From Desulfosudaceae bacterium (GTDB lineage: Bacteria; Desulfobacterota; Desulfobacteria; Desulfobacterales; Desulfosudaceae): a stretch of DNA of 64,000 bases. The notes beneath the pieces were generated by a model that was not told the DNA's origin, did not search any database, and worked only from the letters and a program-made list of their open reading frames with translations. Location of the stretch: NCBI GenBank assembly GCA_963674745.2, contig CAXXDV010000001.1:2240001-2304000 (forward strand). Reading direction: 5' to 3'. Each line of letters opens with the position of its first letter. Positions within the stretch are counted from its first letter, which is position 1. Shown piece by piece: positions 1 to 12,505 of this stretch. A program made the position numbers and the translations under genes.

Positions 1-64
1 TGACATGGGCTGTTTTCTGAAAGTCTGCCAGATGGGTGTCATAGGTTTTTTGAAATTCGGTCAC
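1..64 (-). CDS. 5' end of a gene running off the window (MTEFQKTYDTHLADF...)
   Basis: AGGAGG Shine-Dalgarno then GTG at 64; frame open to the window edge. Confidence 0.5.
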   Translation of the reverse strand, partial: MTEFQKTYDTHLADFQKTAHV

Positions 65-94
65 GCTGGCCTCCTTAGGTTAGCAATTAATGAA

Positions 95-1974
95 TCAAAG
101 TTTAATTTTCTGATTGTTCGTATCAAAAGAGCAGGTCAGGATCAGCATATCGTCATCCCGCCGCGTCTTTGTTTCGTAGGGCAGCGTCTTAAACAGTTTT
201 TTCATGGCGGTGTTGGTCGGCTCGGTGTACGCCACCAGGCCACCGATACCGTTTGCTTTGGCCGCAATGGATAATTTTTTCAGAATGGTAGAGGCGATTT
301 TTTCCCCTGCCACTGCTTGCTGACGGAAAAAGCCACTTCGGCAACATTGCCGACGGATTCCAGCATATAAGCACCGATGCCGACGACCTCGCCGAATCCA
401 AAATCCCCGGTGATGGCCAGAATGGTGAGGTTTTTGATGTAGTCGATTTCCCACATCTCCTCGATATCATTTCTGAAAAAACAGGTTTTGTTCTGGAAAA
501 ACCGGGCCAGAACATCCTTTTTGTCCAGGTTGTAGAAATGTTCCTGAATACGGCGGTCATCAATCGGTTTGGCCGGACGGAATTTGATGGTCCGGTCATC
601 GATGGTTCGTGTCTCTTCCAGGCCGGCCGGGTAAACCCCGCGAAGGGCCTCCCCCAGTTTCTTCCCTGATGTCAACAGCCCCATTTTTTTGGCCTGTTCA
701 AACAGTTCCTCCCGGAAATCGGGATGCGCCAGGGTAATCATGGCCGTAGCCCGTTCCTGCAAGTTTTTCCCGAACAGGTTGACCGCACCGAATTCGCTGA
801 CCACATAAGTAGCGTCGCTCATGGGCACAACCACATTGCCGGTTAATCGTGGCAGGATACGGCTGCTTTTCTTGTCAACGGAAGTGCTGGGAATCAAGAG
901 GATGGATTTCCCGCCGGCCGAGGCGGTTCCGCGAACAAAGTCAAGAACGCTGGAAACACCGGCAAAATAATTATGGGGCAGCGCATCCACGGCCGCCTGA
1001 CCGGTCAGGTCCATTTCCCGGACCATGTTAACGGCCACCATTTTGTTGTGACGGGCGATTACCGCCGGGTCATTGACGTAATCGGCCGGAAAAAATTCAA
1101 TGGACGGGTTGTCATGGATAAATTCGTACAGGTTTTGTGTCCCCACCGCGTTGCTGGCCACAATTTTTCCTTCATTAAGACCTTTATGTCGGTTGGTGAT
1201 GACACCCCGGGAAACCAGGTCCATGATACCGTCGATAACGAACTGGGTATGTACGCCCAGGTCGTTTTTTTCTGAAAGCGCCAGCAAAATGGCCTTGGGT
1301 GTGGCACCCAATCCCAGTTGGAAGGTGGAACCGTCTTCGATCAGGTTGGCGACCAGTTTCGCGATTTTGTGAGCGGATTCGAACTCGGGGATGTCGGCGA
1401 TGGTCAGCAGTGGCTCCTCTTTTTCCACAATAAAATCAACATCATTTACATGGATGAAACTGTGGCCCAAAACCCGCGGCATCTCGGGGTTGACCTGGGC
1501 GATAACAATATCCGCCGAACGGGCGGCTGAAAGCCCCACATCGACTGAGATACCCAGGCTCATCCAGCCGAAGTCGTCCGGCGGGGATGTCTGAATCAGG
1601 GCGGCGTGAAGGGGGAGCTGTTTTTTACTGAACAGGCCGGCAACGGCTGACATATTAATAGGTGTGATAAACGGTTTGTTCGGCTCCAGGTGTCTGACGT
1701 CACCGGCACCCTGATAAACGTTCCGGATGTGAAAATTGTTGAGCCGGTTTTGATTGGCCAGCCGGGTGATGGGGGAGTTCTCCAGTCCCATCAGCCGGAC
1801 AATTTCCAGGTCGGAAAAATGGTCGGCATTTTTTACCAGGGTATTTACCAGGTGTTGCGGTTCACCGCAGGAAGAACCGATAAAAATCCGGCGGCCGGAT
1901 TTGAGCATGGCAATGGCTTCTTCGGCGGTCTTTTTTTTCCGGACGTATTCGTCGGGCCAGTAACTGGTTTGCAT
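95..1974 (-). CDS. Acetyl-CoA hydrolase/transferase fused to C-terminal GNAT acetyltransferase; apparent frameshift near 300
   Basis: GSSCGEPQ, FQLGLGATP, LGVHTQ and GGKSI-like motifs. The GNAT tail (AEVAFSVSKQWQGK) continues in another frame (KIASTILKKL...) across an A6 run. Confidence 0.8.
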
Positions 1975-2180
1975 GCGGCTGGTACTGTATTGTATGATTA
2001 GGTTAATGCGGCAGGTATGCCATTGATCATCCTGCCAGACTTCCGGACAGGTGTTCCGAAATTTTGTTTTATCATAACATGTGAATAGCTCGGGGAACAA
2101 CCTTTTTGTCCGTGATGATTTTAGCTTGACAGACTGTTTTTTTTATCTTAAAAGATAACGTTAACGATAAAAGACTGACA

Positions 2181-2256
2181 GCGGGCATAGCTCAGTTGGT
2201 AGAGTACAAGCTTCCCAAGCTTGGTGTCGCGAGTTCGAGTCTCGTTGCCCGCTCCA
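2181..2256 (+). tRNA. tRNA-Gly(CCC)
   Basis: GCGGGCATAGCTCAGTTGGTAGAG...CTT-CCC-AAG...GTTCGAGTC...GCTCCA cloverleaf with encoded CCA. Confidence 0.97.
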
Positions 2257-2342
2257 GGCATCGTATAACAAGCCTGTTGGCGGCGGCAGAGCAGTTTGAC
2301 TTAGGCGCTGGGTTTGATCGGAGACAGAAAGTTGTATCAGTG

Positions 2343-2369
2343 AAACGGGCAAAAGCCCGTTTTTTTGTT
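2343..2369 (+). terminator. Intrinsic terminator downstream of tRNA-Gly
   Basis: AAACGGGC-AAAA-GCCCGTTT followed by a T run. Confidence 0.7.
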
Positions 2370-2397
2370 TCATAAAAAGCGGCGTGGGGGGCAGTGA

Positions 2398-2937
2398 ATG
2401 GTGCCAACCGAGACACCGGCAGAGAAGAAGTCGCAGGCAGACGGTGGATTCCGGTTGTCAGAAAACAATCAGACGGTAAAAGAAACCATCTGGCGGTTGG
2501 CAGAACCGGTCTGTGAAGCCGAGGGCCTGGAGCTTGTATTTGTCGAGCTCCAGAGAGAAAGAAGCGGCCGTATCCTTCGTCTGTTTATTGACAAGGCAAC
2601 CGGCGTGACTCTGGACGATTGCGCCCGGATCAGCCGACAGGTAGACGCGCTTCTGGACGTTTATTGTGACGCCAGAAACGCCTATACACTGGAAGTCTCT
2701 TCGGCGGGTATCAACCGGCCTTTGGGGCGGCGGCATGATTATGAAAGGTTTAAAGGTAATGTTGTAAAGGTGAAGTTGCGAACGCCGATTGACGGCCGAA
2801 AGAATTTTAAGGGAACGTTGCTCGGCTTAGCCGATGATTTTGTCAGAATAAGAGTTGATAACAGGGAGTTCGCCATTCCATATAAAGGGATAGCGAAAGC
2901 ACAACTTGTTAATGACGATGGAGTCAAGGGATGGTAA
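2398..2937 (+). CDS. rimP: Ribosome maturation factor RimP
   Basis: LRLFIDK, TLDDC, YTLEVSSAGINRPL; directly upstream of nusA. Confidence 0.93.
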   Translation: MVPTETPAEKKSQADGGFRLSENNQTVKETIWRLAEPVCEAEGLELVFVELQRERSGRILRLFIDKATGVTLDDCARISRQVDALLDVYCDARNAYTLEVSSAGINRPLGRRHDYERFKGNVVKVKLRTPIDGRKNFKGTLLGLADDFVRIRVDNREFAIPYKGIAKAQLVNDDGVKGW

Positions 2938-4332
2938 TTCAGGATATTAAACGTGTTGTCGATCAGGTCAGTCGGGACAAAGGGATTGATCGCGACGTAC
3001 TTATCAAGGCGCTGGAAGAAGCATTGAAATCGGCTGCCCGCAAAAAGTTCGGAGCGGTGACCGACATAGAGACAATATATGATGAGAACACGGGTGAAAT
3101 AGAAGTCTTCCAGTTTAAAGAGGTGGTTGAAACGGTGACCGACCCGAGTCTCCAGATCAGCATCGAGGAAGGTCGGCAACTGGACCCGGAATGCGAAATC
3201 GGAGACAGCCTGGGCGTCAAAATGGATACCAGCAGTTTTGGAAGAATCGCCGCTCAATCTGCCAAACAGGTGATTATTCAGAAAATTAATGATGCTGAAA
3301 GAAATGTGGTCTATAAAAATTTTATTGACAAGGAAGGCGATATTATCAACGGCATCGTGCAGCGTATTGATCGGGGTAACGTTATTGTCAATATCGGTGA
3401 AGCCGAAGCCATCCTGCTTTCCAGGGAACAGATTCCCGGAGAGCATTTCCGCAGGGGTGACCGGTTGCGTGCCAATATTATGAAGGTTCATCAGGAGGCA
3501 CCGGGGCCTCAGATCATTTTGTCAAGGGCGCATCCGGATTTTGTGGTCAACCTTTTTAAGACTGAAGTGCCTGAAATCAGTGAAGGTATTATTACCATTA
3601 AAGCGGTCGTCAGAGAAGCCGGTGCCAGGACAAAGATCGCGGTCGTCTCCAATGATGTCGATATTGATCCGGTCGGGGCCTGTGTGGGTGTCAGGGGCAG
3701 TCGTATACAAAATGTCGTAAAAGAGCTGCGCGGGGAAAAAATAGACATTGTCTCCTGGAATATTGACCCGGCAAAATTCGTCTGCAATGCCCTTTCTCCG
3801 GCCCAGATTTCACGTGTGATTATTGATGAAGACAATAAAAGCATGGAGGTTATCGTCTCTGACGATACCCATTCTCAGGCCATTGGCCGACGGGGTCAGA
3901 ACGTCAAGCTGGCCTCAAAGTTGACCGGCTGGCACCTTGATGTGGTCGGTGAGTCTATATATAATAAAACAATGGAAAAAGGTTATGGTTCACTTTTGAA
4001 AATATCCGGAGTGGACGAGCACCTGGCCACGGCGATGTGTGAGATGGGCTTTTTTTTCAGCCGAGGAAGTCTGTAATGCCGATATCGACGACCTGATCGA
4101 AGTTGAAGGTATTGATGAGGAGACCGCGACGGTATTGATAAAAGATGCGGCCCAGGTGATTGAAGAGGCGAGACCCGACGAAGAAGAATCGTCCGAAACC
4201 GGCGGTGATGAGGAGTCGGACACGACGGAAGAAAAATCCGAGGCCGAATCCGGGGATGATGAGGTGTCGGACACGACGGAAGAAAAATCCGAGGCCGAAT
4301 CCGGGGATGACGAGCAGGAAATAAAGGAATAA
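2931..4332 (+). CDS. nusA: Transcription factor NusA; apparent frameshift in a T8 run near 4050
   Basis: FGRIAAQSAKQ, S1/KH motifs, GACVGVRGSRI, GQNVKLA; acidic C-terminal part continues in ORF 4039-4332. Confidence 0.93.
4207..4313 (+). repeat. 51-bp tandem duplication (17-aa acidic repeat) in the nusA tail
   Basis: GTCGGACACGACGGAAGAAAAATCCGAGGCCGAATCCGGGGATGA at 4215 and 4266. Confidence 0.9.
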
Positions 4333-4413
4333 TAACTTGCGGCGTTTTTTGTACAGTGAATGTGTTGCCACCAAGACAGTTGGCCGGTATAGAAAGTAAG
4401 AACAGGAGGCCGA

Positions 4414-7115
4414 ATGGCAAAAACCAGGATATATGAACTTGCCAGAGCTCTTAATATGACGAATCAAGCGCTTTTGGAGAAGCTTGTCGAAATGGGCATT
4501 GAAGTGAAGAGCCATATGAGCTCCTTGGACGAGGACATGGTTGAAAAGGTCAAGCAGGAGCTCTTTGCCGGCGGCGGTGGCCAGACCGCTGTGGTGGAAA
4601 AAAAGCGCGTAGGGTCAAACGTTATTCGAAAGCGGAAACAAAAAGCCGCTCCAAAAATAGAAGTGGTTTCTGAAACGCCGGAAAAGGCTGAAGAACCGGA
4701 AGTGCCGGAGGCCGAAGAAGCGGCCGCGCCTGAGAAAGAAGAAAAAGCGGCCATAGAACCGGAGGCGGTCGTCGAGGAAGAGGCGGCCAAAGCCGAAGAA
4801 ACGGTCGACGAAGTGGTTGAGGAGGAAGTGGAAGCTGACGCTGAAGCGCCGACCAGGGAGGCCGAAACGGTTGAAGAACCGGCGGCTGTCGAGGCTTCCA
4901 AGCCGGCGGCCGAGGAAGAAGCGGAAAAACCGGCGCCTCCACCCAAAAAGAAGACCAAAGCCAAGAAACACCAGGCGGCCAAAATAATTAAGTTTGCGGA
5001 TGAGACCACACAGGCGCTGATAAGAGGCAAAACATCGCCGCCACCCGCCAGGGTAAAGGTGCGGCTGAAGAAAAGCCGGCCGAAGATGCTGCTGCGCCCG
5101 CAGTGCCCGGCATGATCGATAGCGGTGAAGCCGATCGTAAAACCGGCAAAAAGACCAGAAAAAAACACAAGCGGGTAGGGACAGAAGAGACCGAAGAGGT
5201 TCTGGGCAAGAAGAAAGCCGTCTCAAAACGCAAGGAAATTGTTGAAGGCGCGGCCTTATATGATATAAAACCCCGCGGCCGACTGCGCAAAAAAGGCAAA
5301 GGGAAAGTCCGGCCGGCAGGTAGCGCTAAGACGCAGATAACAACGCCCAAAGCCATTAAGCGAAGGTTGAAGATAGATGAATCGATAACGGTTTCAGATC
5401 TGGCCAAACGGATGGGTATTAAAGCCAGCGAGATCATCGGGATACTGATGGGTATGGGCGTAATGGCGACGGTGAATCAATCCATTGATTTTGACACGGC
5501 CGTTCTGGTTGCGGCTGAATTCGAATATGAAGTTGAGAAAGCAACCATAGGTGAGGATGAGATTTTGTTGCAGGCCAATGTAGAAGATGAACCGCATAAG
5601 CTGGTGTCGAGAGCCCCGGTGGTGACCATAATGGGCCATGTCGATCATGGCAAGACGTCTCTGCTGGATGTGATCCGGCAGTCGCGCATAACAGAGAGTG
5701 AAGCCGGGGGGATTACCCAGCATATCGGTGCCTATAAGGTGAAGACGAACAAGGGTGAGGTGGTCTTTCTGGATACACCGGGACATGAGGCATTTACCGC
5801 CATGCGGTCGAGAGGCGCCCAGGCTACTGATATCGTCGTGCTGGTGGTCGCAGCGGACGACGGTGTCATGCCGCAGACCATCGAAGCGATAAACCATTCA
5901 CGGGCGGCGGAAGTGCCGATTGTGGTTGCTGTTAATAAGATTGATAAAGATGGTGCAGACAGCGACAGGGTCAAGCGTGAGCTGGCCGAACAGTCTCTAA
6001 TCCCCGAGGATTGGGGCGGTGATACAATTTTTGTGGAAGTCTCCGCCAAACAGAAAATCGGGATTGACAATCTTCTTGACATGATTTTGCTTCAGTCGGA
6101 AATGCTTGAATTGAAAGCGAATCCGGACAAGCATGCCAGAGGCCTTGTGCTTGAATCGGAGATGGATCCGGGCCAGGGGCCGCTGGCGACCGTCCTGGTA
6201 CGGGAAGGAACCCTTTCTGTGGGGCAGACCATCGTGTGTGGTGTTCATCACGGGAAAATACGCGCCATGGTCGATGATGCCGGCGAACGAATTGATCATG
6301 CCGGGCCTTCAACACCGGTTGAAATTTTCGGTTTAAGCGGCGTGGCTGACGCCGGTGATGAGTTCCTTGTGCTTGAAGATGAAAAGAGCGCCAGGCTTCT
6401 CAGTGAGGAAAGAAGCCGGAAACAGCGCACTAAAGATTTGAGCCGGCAGAACCCGGTCAGTCTGGACAACTTTTTCGAGCAGATGCAGGCTGGTGATATT
6501 AATCATTTGAATCTGATTATCAAAGCAGATGTTAACGGATCGTGTGAGGCTATCGAAGACGCTCTGATGAAAATTCTTACCGACGAGGTGCAGGTCAACG
6601 TGATTCACTCCGCGGTCGGTGCCATTATTGAGTCCGACGTCCTGCTGGCCTCTGCTTCGAACGCGATCATTCTGGGCTTTAATGTCCGCCCGACGGGTAA
6701 AGTGAAGAACGCGGCTGTCGAGGAAAGCGTGGATATTCGTTATTATAACGTGATTTACGATTTAATCGAAGACATTAAAGAGGCTGTCACCGGACTGATG
6801 GCGTCTACCTATGAAGAGCACACGCTGGGTCGGGCTGAGGTCCGGGAGCTGTTTGTGATTCCCAAAAAAGGAACCGTGGCGGGCTCTATCGTTCTTGACG
6901 GAAAGATTGAGAGGGGACGTCAGGCTCGGATTGTCCGGGACGGGGTAGTGATATATGAAGGCACTGTGGGCTCTCTGCGTCATTTCAAAGACGACGTCAA
7001 AGAAGTCAGGAGCGGTCTGGAATGCGGTATTGGTGTTGAACAGTATAATGATATCAAGGTGAAAGATGTCATTGAATGTTATTATAACGAAGAGATCAAA
7101 CCAGTTATCGAATAG
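4414..7115 (+). CDS. infB: Translation initiation factor IF-2; apparent frameshift near 5010
   Basis: N-terminal KTRIYELA in ORF 4414; [13 protein letters not shown] and NKID G-domain motifs in ORF 5103-7115. Confidence 0.95.
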
Positions 7116-7118
7116 GAT

Positions 7119-7406
7119 ATGATAGTCGGAACGGGTGAGATTATTGTTCGAATTGAAGGCTGCCGATCGTTAAAGGAAAAAAGAAAGGTTGTGAAATCCA
7201 TGATTACCAGGCTGGGTAACACCTTTAATATTTCCGTGGCCGAGGTTGGCGCCAATGATGTTCATCAGCGCGCTGAAATTGGATTTGCGTTGATCGGTAA
7301 TGATTGCGGGGTCGTTAATTCGAAGATTGATAAAGTTTTTAATATGGCAGAAAACATGGCGGTAGCGGAAGTTTTGGAAACAAGGATGGAAATTCTGACA
7401 ATATGA
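7119..7406 (+). CDS. DUF503 (YlxP) family protein
   Basis: SLKEKRKVVKS, FNISVAEV; usual position between infB and rbfA. Confidence 0.85.
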   Translation: MIVGTGEIIVRIEGCRSLKEKRKVVKSMITRLGNTFNISVAEVGANDVHQRAEIGFALIGNDCGVVNSKIDKVFNMAENMAVAEVLETRMEILTI

Positions 7407-7768
7407 AAACCTATCCAAGATCGAACCGGATCGGTAAAAAGATTCAGCGGGGGGTTTCCGAATACCTTCAGAATAACCTCCGGGATCCGAGGCTGCAGAT
7501 GGTGACGATTACAGGCGTCGTCATGTCTCCGGATCTAAGCGTGGCCAGAGTTTACTATAGTGTAAACGGGGGGGCAAGAGAACGGAAAGATGCCCGGGCG
7601 GGATTCAAAAGCGCTTCGGGTTTTATCAGACGTTCACTGGCCGCGTCTTTAGAGATGAAATACACACCGACGCTTAAGTTCGCTTATGACGAGTCTCTGG
7701 ACTACGGTACGACTATGGATCGGTTGCTGGAAGAAATAAAAACCGAAAATGTATCAAGAGATAAGTAA
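7403..7768 (+). CDS. rbfA: Ribosome-binding factor A
   Basis: DPRL..VTITGV.MSPDLS.ARVY, YTPTLKF.YDESL. Confidence 0.93.
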   Translation: MKTYPRSNRIGKKIQRGVSEYLQNNLRDPRLQMVTITGVVMSPDLSVARVYYSVNGGARERKDARAGFKSASGFIRRSLAASLEMKYTPTLKFAYDESLDYGTTMDRLLEEIKTENVSRDK

Positions 7769-8726
7769 TCACCTTAAACAAAGTAAACATCTTTTAATCG
7801 CTTCTCATATTCACCCGGATGGTGACGCCATCGGATCGGTATTGGCGCTGGGAAACGCGCTGATATCCCTGGGTAAGCAGGTCACGCTGTATAATGAGCA
7901 TCCGGTTCCGCCGGTTTATCGTTTTTTACCCGGTAGTGAGAAAATGGTTTCCGCGATTGATTCCCTCAGTGCTTATGATACGGCCGTCGTTCTGGATTGC
8001 AGCAAGCTGGAGCGGATCGGTACGCTGTCTGAAAAAATCGGTGATATGCCGGTTATCAATATCGACCACCACCTTTCCAACGACAATTTCGGCATGTTCC
8101 AGATAGTAGAGCATGGGGCCAGCTCCACCGTGGAGATCGTTTACCGGCTGATAAAAAGGATGATGGGCATAAAGATCACGCCGGAAGTCGCCTATCCCAT
8201 TTATACCGGCGTCGTCACGGATACGGCTTCTTTCAGTTTCAGCAATTCAACGCCGAACGCTTTTGCGATATGCGGTGAGATGGTCAGTGTGGGTGTTGAT
8301 CCGGTGGAGGTGGCCAGAAGGATTTATATCACCTATTCAGCGGAACGGATCAAATTCATGCGCATGGTACTGGACACGTTCGCCCTTTCAGAAAATAAAA
8401 AAGTGTCTTTTTTGATGGCCACTCAGGAAATGATCCGAAACAGCGGCATGCATCCGGATAATGTCGGCCGGTTCGTCAATTATGCCAAACATATCGAAGG
8501 CGTCAAGATATCGGCGCTGGCTCTGGAAATGGAGCATCACCTTGTGAACCTGCCCGACAATCATACTGAGTTTCATGTCAGCCTCCGTTCGGACGGCAGC
8601 ATAGATGTTGCGGAGATCGCGATTTCTTTTGGTGGTGGTGGCCATCATCGGGCTGCCGGATTTAATCTTGTGACGACTTATGAAGGCATCCGGGAAACCA
8701 TCCTGGGCCTGGCGGATCTGATTTGA
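7749..8726 (+). CDS. nrnA: DHH-family oligoribonuclease/PAP phosphatase (NrnA-like)
   Basis: HIHPDGDAIGS, IDHH, GGGHHRAAG. Confidence 0.85.
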   Translation: MYQEISNHLKQSKHLLIASHIHPDGDAIGSVLALGNALISLGKQVTLYNEHPVPPVYRFLPGSEKMVSAIDSLSAYDTAVVLDCSKLERIGTLSEKIGDMPVINIDHHLSNDNFGMFQIVEHGASSTVEIVYRLIKRMMGIKITPEVAYPIYTGVVTDTASFSFSNSTPNAFAICGEMVSVGVDPVEVARRIYITYSAERIKFMRMVLDTFALSENKKVSFLMATQEMIRNSGMHPDNVGRFVNYAKHIEGVKISALALEMEHHLVNLPDNHTEFHVSLRSDGSIDVAEIAISFGGGGHHRAAGFNLVTTYEGIRETILGLADLI

Positions 8727-8752
8727 CGGCAAAGGGCCGCGGCAGGAATACC

Positions 8753-9652
8753 ATGGACGGAATTATCGTTGTCGACAAACCGCCGGATATGACGTCCGCG
8801 AAGCTGGTCTCCCGGGTAAAACGGCTTTTAAAAGCGAATAAAGTCGGTCATGCCGGTACACTGGACCCGTTTGCCACGGGCGTGATGATCTGCTTGATAA
8901 ACCGTGGCACCCGTCTGGCGGAATTTTTTCTGCATGGTGAAAAAGCCTACGATGCCACGCTTTGCCTGGGAGTGGAAACGGACACCCAGGACTTTACCGG
9001 GACGGTATTGCAGGCCCGGGACGTCCGTCCGGAGGATTATTCGAAAACCGATATTATATCGGTTTTTCGTGCTTTTGAAGGCGACAGTCAGCAGGTTCCG
9101 CCCTGCTTTTCGGCCCTCAAGCACGAGGGCAAACCTTTGTATCAATATGCCAGGAAGGGAATCCGGGTGGAAAAACCACCCCGGTCGATACATCTTTCCG
9201 CTCTTGAGCCAAAGGAGATTGATCTGCCCTTTGTCCGTTTTTCCGTTCGTTGCTCCGGCGGAACATATATCCGGACATTGTGCCACGATATCGGCCGGCG
9301 ATTGGGCTGCGGCGGCCATCTGACTGCCCTGCGCCGGATTGAAGCCGGAGGCTTTTCGGTGAGTGATGTCATGACCCTGGACGAAGTTGAAAAACAGGTT
9401 GCGAACGGGCAAGCGTCCGATCTGCTGGTCAGCTTGAGCGATGCCCTGTGGCATATGCCCGCCTATGTCGCGGATGACAACCTGGCCGCGTTCGTTGCTC
9501 ACGGCCGGCAATTGACCGACGACGCGTTTCCTGACGGGGTAACCGCTGATCCCCGGGGGGCTTTTAAGCTGGTCGATAAAGAGGGGCGTCTTCTGGCTGT
9601 TATTCGCAGGCAGGAAGGTGCTTTCCGGTATGGCTGCGTATTTTCAGGATAA
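8753..9652 (+). CDS. truB: tRNA pseudouridine(55) synthase
   Basis: VGHAGTLDPFATG, CSGGTYIRTL. Confidence 0.95.
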   Translation: MDGIIVVDKPPDMTSAKLVSRVKRLLKANKVGHAGTLDPFATGVMICLINRGTRLAEFFLHGEKAYDATLCLGVETDTQDFTGTVLQARDVRPEDYSKTDIISVFRAFEGDSQQVPPCFSALKHEGKPLYQYARKGIRVEKPPRSIHLSALEPKEIDLPFVRFSVRCSGGTYIRTLCHDIGRRLGCGGHLTALRRIEAGGFSVSDVMTLDEVEKQVANGQASDLLVSLSDALWHMPAYVADDNLAAFVAHGRQLTDDAFPDGVTADPRGAFKLVDKEGRLLAVIRRQEGAFRYGCVFSG

Positions 9653-9786
9653 CCGGATTTTTTGTTCAGGCTGGACAAGAATGTTCAGTCTTGATGTAAT
9701 TGAAGATTATATATTGACTTTTAAATGAAAAAGATTTGTAATATACTTTTTTTAATGAACTAAATAATATGGAAGGAGTCTGTTGG

Positions 9787-10059
9787 ATGAGCAGTTTTAC
9801 GACGGAACAGAAAAAAGCGTTAATCGAAAAATTCAGAAAGCATGATTCAGATACCGGGTCTCCGGAAGTCCAGGTGGCATTATTAACCCACAGGATTACT
9901 TATTTGACCGAGCATGTAAAGGTACATAAAAAAGATCATCATTCCCGGAGAGGGCTGCTGATGCTGGTCGGTCAGCGCAGGAAACTGTTGAATTATGTAA
10001 AGAATAAAGATGTCAATCGATATCGGACGATTATCAAGGACCTTGGACTGAGAAGGTAG
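9787..10059 (+). CDS. rpsO: 30S ribosomal protein S15
   Basis: [30 protein letters not shown]. Confidence 0.97.
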   Translation: MSSFTTEQKKALIEKFRKHDSDTGSPEVQVALLTHRITYLTEHVKVHKKDHHSRRGLLMLVGQRRKLLNYVKNKDVNRYRTIIKDLGLRR

Positions 10060-10300
10060 GCAACGGGCGTTTTGGTCCGATTTCTCAGGTTCTACGCCCG
10101 CATCAGGCACAAAATTGAATTACAGTGATATTCAATTAATTCGGTTGGTTGAGCTTCTTTCCGGTTTCCGGTGCGAACAAGACTGCTCGTTACGGGATAA
10201 CAATTCAGGGCATCCCTTTTTTATTGAAGGGTGCCAACACTCATTGCGGCTTACTGCGTTTTGCGTTTGTTGTAAGCCGCTTTTTTTATTAGGAGAATAA

Positions 10301-12481
10301 ATGCAAGAAATCATTCAGGAAACAACTATAAACGATAAGCCGTTTATCATTAAAACCGGCAAAATTGCCAAACAGGCTTCCGGTTCGGCCGTTGTGCAGT
10401 ATGGCGAAACGATTGTACTGGTTACCGTGGTTTCGACTGAAACGCCACGAGAAGATGCCGATTTTTTGCCCCTTTCCGTGGAATATCAGGAGAAGATTTA
10501 CGCCGCCGGAAGAATTCCGGGGAATTATTTCCGGAGGGAAATGGGGCGCCCCAGCGAAAAAGAAACACTGACCTGTCGTTTGATTGATCGTCCCATCAGG
10601 CCGTTATTTCCAAAAGGCTATAATTTTGAGACCCAGGTAATTGCTACTGTTTTGTCCATGGACCGGGAGAACGATCCGGATGTCCTGGCGATCGTGGGCG
10701 CTTCCACGGCCCTGGAACTCTCGGACATCCCTTTTGAAGGCCCGATTGCCGCGGTGCGGGTGGGGCGTCTGGACGGTCAACTGATCGTCAACCCCTCAAA
10801 CATGGATATCGATCAATGTGATTTAAATATTGTCGTGGCCGGGTCAAAAACCGGTGTGGTCATGGTCGAGGGCGGCAGCAAGGAAGTTAGTGAAGCAGAA
10901 ATGATAGAGGCCATTTATTTCGGCCATAACGCCATCAAACCGATGATTGAAATGCAGGAACAGCTAAAAGCGGCCTGCGGGAAGCCCAAACGTTCTTTTG
11001 CTCCGCCGGAAAGTGACCTGGCCCTGGAAACCACCATTATGGAAATGGCTTCCGATGATGTCCGCAGCACCCTGATGAATTTCACGCTGGATAAAATGTC
11101 CAGAAAAGAAGCCTTAAAAAACGTCAGAACCGGGCTGATCGAAAAGCTGGGCGAGGATTACGCGGAACGGGTAAAAGAAATAAAAGCCCTGTTTTCGGAT
11201 CTGGTCAAAAAGATCAGCCGGGATATCGTGCTGTCCGAAAACAAACGTATTGATGGCCGTGCCTTCGATGAAGTGCGAAAAGTCGATTGTGAAGTCGGTG
11301 TTCTGCCCAGGACCCATGGCAGTGCCTTGTTTACCCGGGGTGAGACCCAGGTATTGGGTGTCATGACCCTTGGCTCCGGACAGGATGAACAGCGGGTGGA
11401 AACCCTGGGCGGCGATGAGACCCGGCCGTTCATGCTGCATTATAATTTTCCGCCCTATTCAGTCGGCGAAACCAAAAGGATGCTGGGCCCGAGCCGGAGG
11501 GATATCGGGCATGGCAACCTGGCCCATCGGGCCATCGCCAGCATCCTTCCGGATAAAGCCGATTTTGATTACACCATTCGGCTGGTTTCAGAAGTTATGG
11601 AATCCAACGGCTCCTCTTCCATGGGAACGGTTTGCTCCTGCATTCTGGCTTTGATGGACGGTGGCGTGCCGATCAAAGCCCCGGTCTCCGGGATTGCCAT
11701 GGGCCTGGTCAAAGAGGGGGATAAGGTGGCCGTTTTAACCGATATCCTCGGCGATGAAGATCATTTCGGGGATATGGATTTCAAGGTTACGGGAACGGAA
11801 AAAGGCGTTACCGCCCTTCAGATGGATATCAAAATCAAGGAACTTCCGCGCCAGATCCTGGAAAACGCCCTGGCCCAGGCCAAAGAGGGCCGGATGTTTA
11901 TCCTGGGGAGAATGCTGGAAGCCCTGGACCGGGTCCGGGATGAACTTTCCCCGCATGCGCCCCGGATTCACCTGGTTAATATCCATCCTGACAAGATCAG
12001 GGAGTTGATCGGCCCGGGTGGCCGCATTATCAGGGAACTCCAGATGACGACCAATACACGGATTGAAGTCGATGACACCGGCCTGGTCAAGATCGCGGCC
12101 GCAACCGAAGAGAGCGCTAAAGCGGCCATTGCAGCGGTTGAGGAAATCGGAAAGGTTCCGGAACCGGGTGAAATTTATGAAGGCCAGGTTGTCCGGATTA
12201 CGGATTTCGGGGCTTTTGTGCAATTAAAAGAAGGTACCGACGGTCTGTGTCATATTTCTGAACTGGCGCATCATCATGTCAAGAGTGTCAGTGATGTCGT
12301 CAAGGTCGGTGAGTTGCTGAAGGTCAAAGTTCTCGAAGTCGATCCCTCCGGAAAGATCCGTCTGAGCCATAAAGCCCTGCTGCCGGTGCCTGAAGGAAAA
12401 GAAGGCGACGACCGGAAAAGCAACCATCATAAAAAATCCGGAGATGGGCCGAAACGAAACAATGCTCAGCGGAGAAGATAA
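10301..12481 (+). CDS. pnp: Polyribonucleotide nucleotidyltransferase
   Basis: [28 protein letters not shown] and S1 domains. Confidence 0.97.
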   Translation: MQEIIQETTINDKPFIIKTGKIAKQASGSAVVQYGETIVLVTVVSTETPREDADFLPLSVEYQEKIYAAGRIPGNYFRREMGRPSEKETLTCRLIDRPIRPLFPKGYNFETQVIATVLSMDRENDPDVLAIVGASTALELSDIPFEGPIAAVRVGRLDGQLIVNPSNMDIDQCDLNIVVAGSKTGVVMVEGGSKEVSEAEMIEAIYFGHNAIKPMIEMQEQLKAACGKPKRSFAPPESDLALETTIMEMASDDVRSTLMNFTLDKMSRKEALKNVRTGLIEKLGEDYAERVKEIKALFSDLVKKISRDIVLSENKRIDGRAFDEVRKVDCEVGVLPRTHGSALFTRGETQVLGVMTLGSGQDEQRVETLGGDETRPFMLHYNFPPYSVGETKRMLGPSRRDIGHGNLAHRAIASILPDKADFDYTIRLVSEVMESNGSSSMGTVCSCILALMDGGVPIKAPVSGIAMGLVKEGDKVAVLTDILGDEDHFGDMDFKVTGTEKGVTALQMDIKIKELPRQILENALAQAKEGRMFILGRMLEALDRVRDELSPHAPRIHLVNIHPDKIRELIGPGGRIIRELQMTTNTRIEVDDTGLVKIAAATEESAKAAIAAVEEIGKVPEPGEIYEGQVVRITDFGAFVQLKEGTDGLCHISELAHHHVKSVSDVVKVGELLKVKVLEVDPSGKIRLSHKALLPVPEGKEGDDRKSNHHKKSGDGPKRNNAQRRR

Positions 12482-12505
12482 CAAAGGGAATTCGATTTTC
12501 AAATA

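Noticed and set aside
280..310. Truncated acetyl-CoA hydrolase/GNAT gene
   Set aside because: One missing base in a G4A6 run explains it, and the tail is intact in the next frame; likely the same error class.
4040..5115. nusA and infB as pseudogenes or programmed frameshifts
   Set aside because: Both are normally essential, with intact sequence on either side. The breaks lie in a T8 run and near a CA repeat, so sequencing or assembly indels are most likely.
4464..5226. Long antisense ORFs opposite infB (and similar ones opposite pnp and the RT)
   Set aside because: Shadow frames of biased coding sequence with no recognisable motifs.
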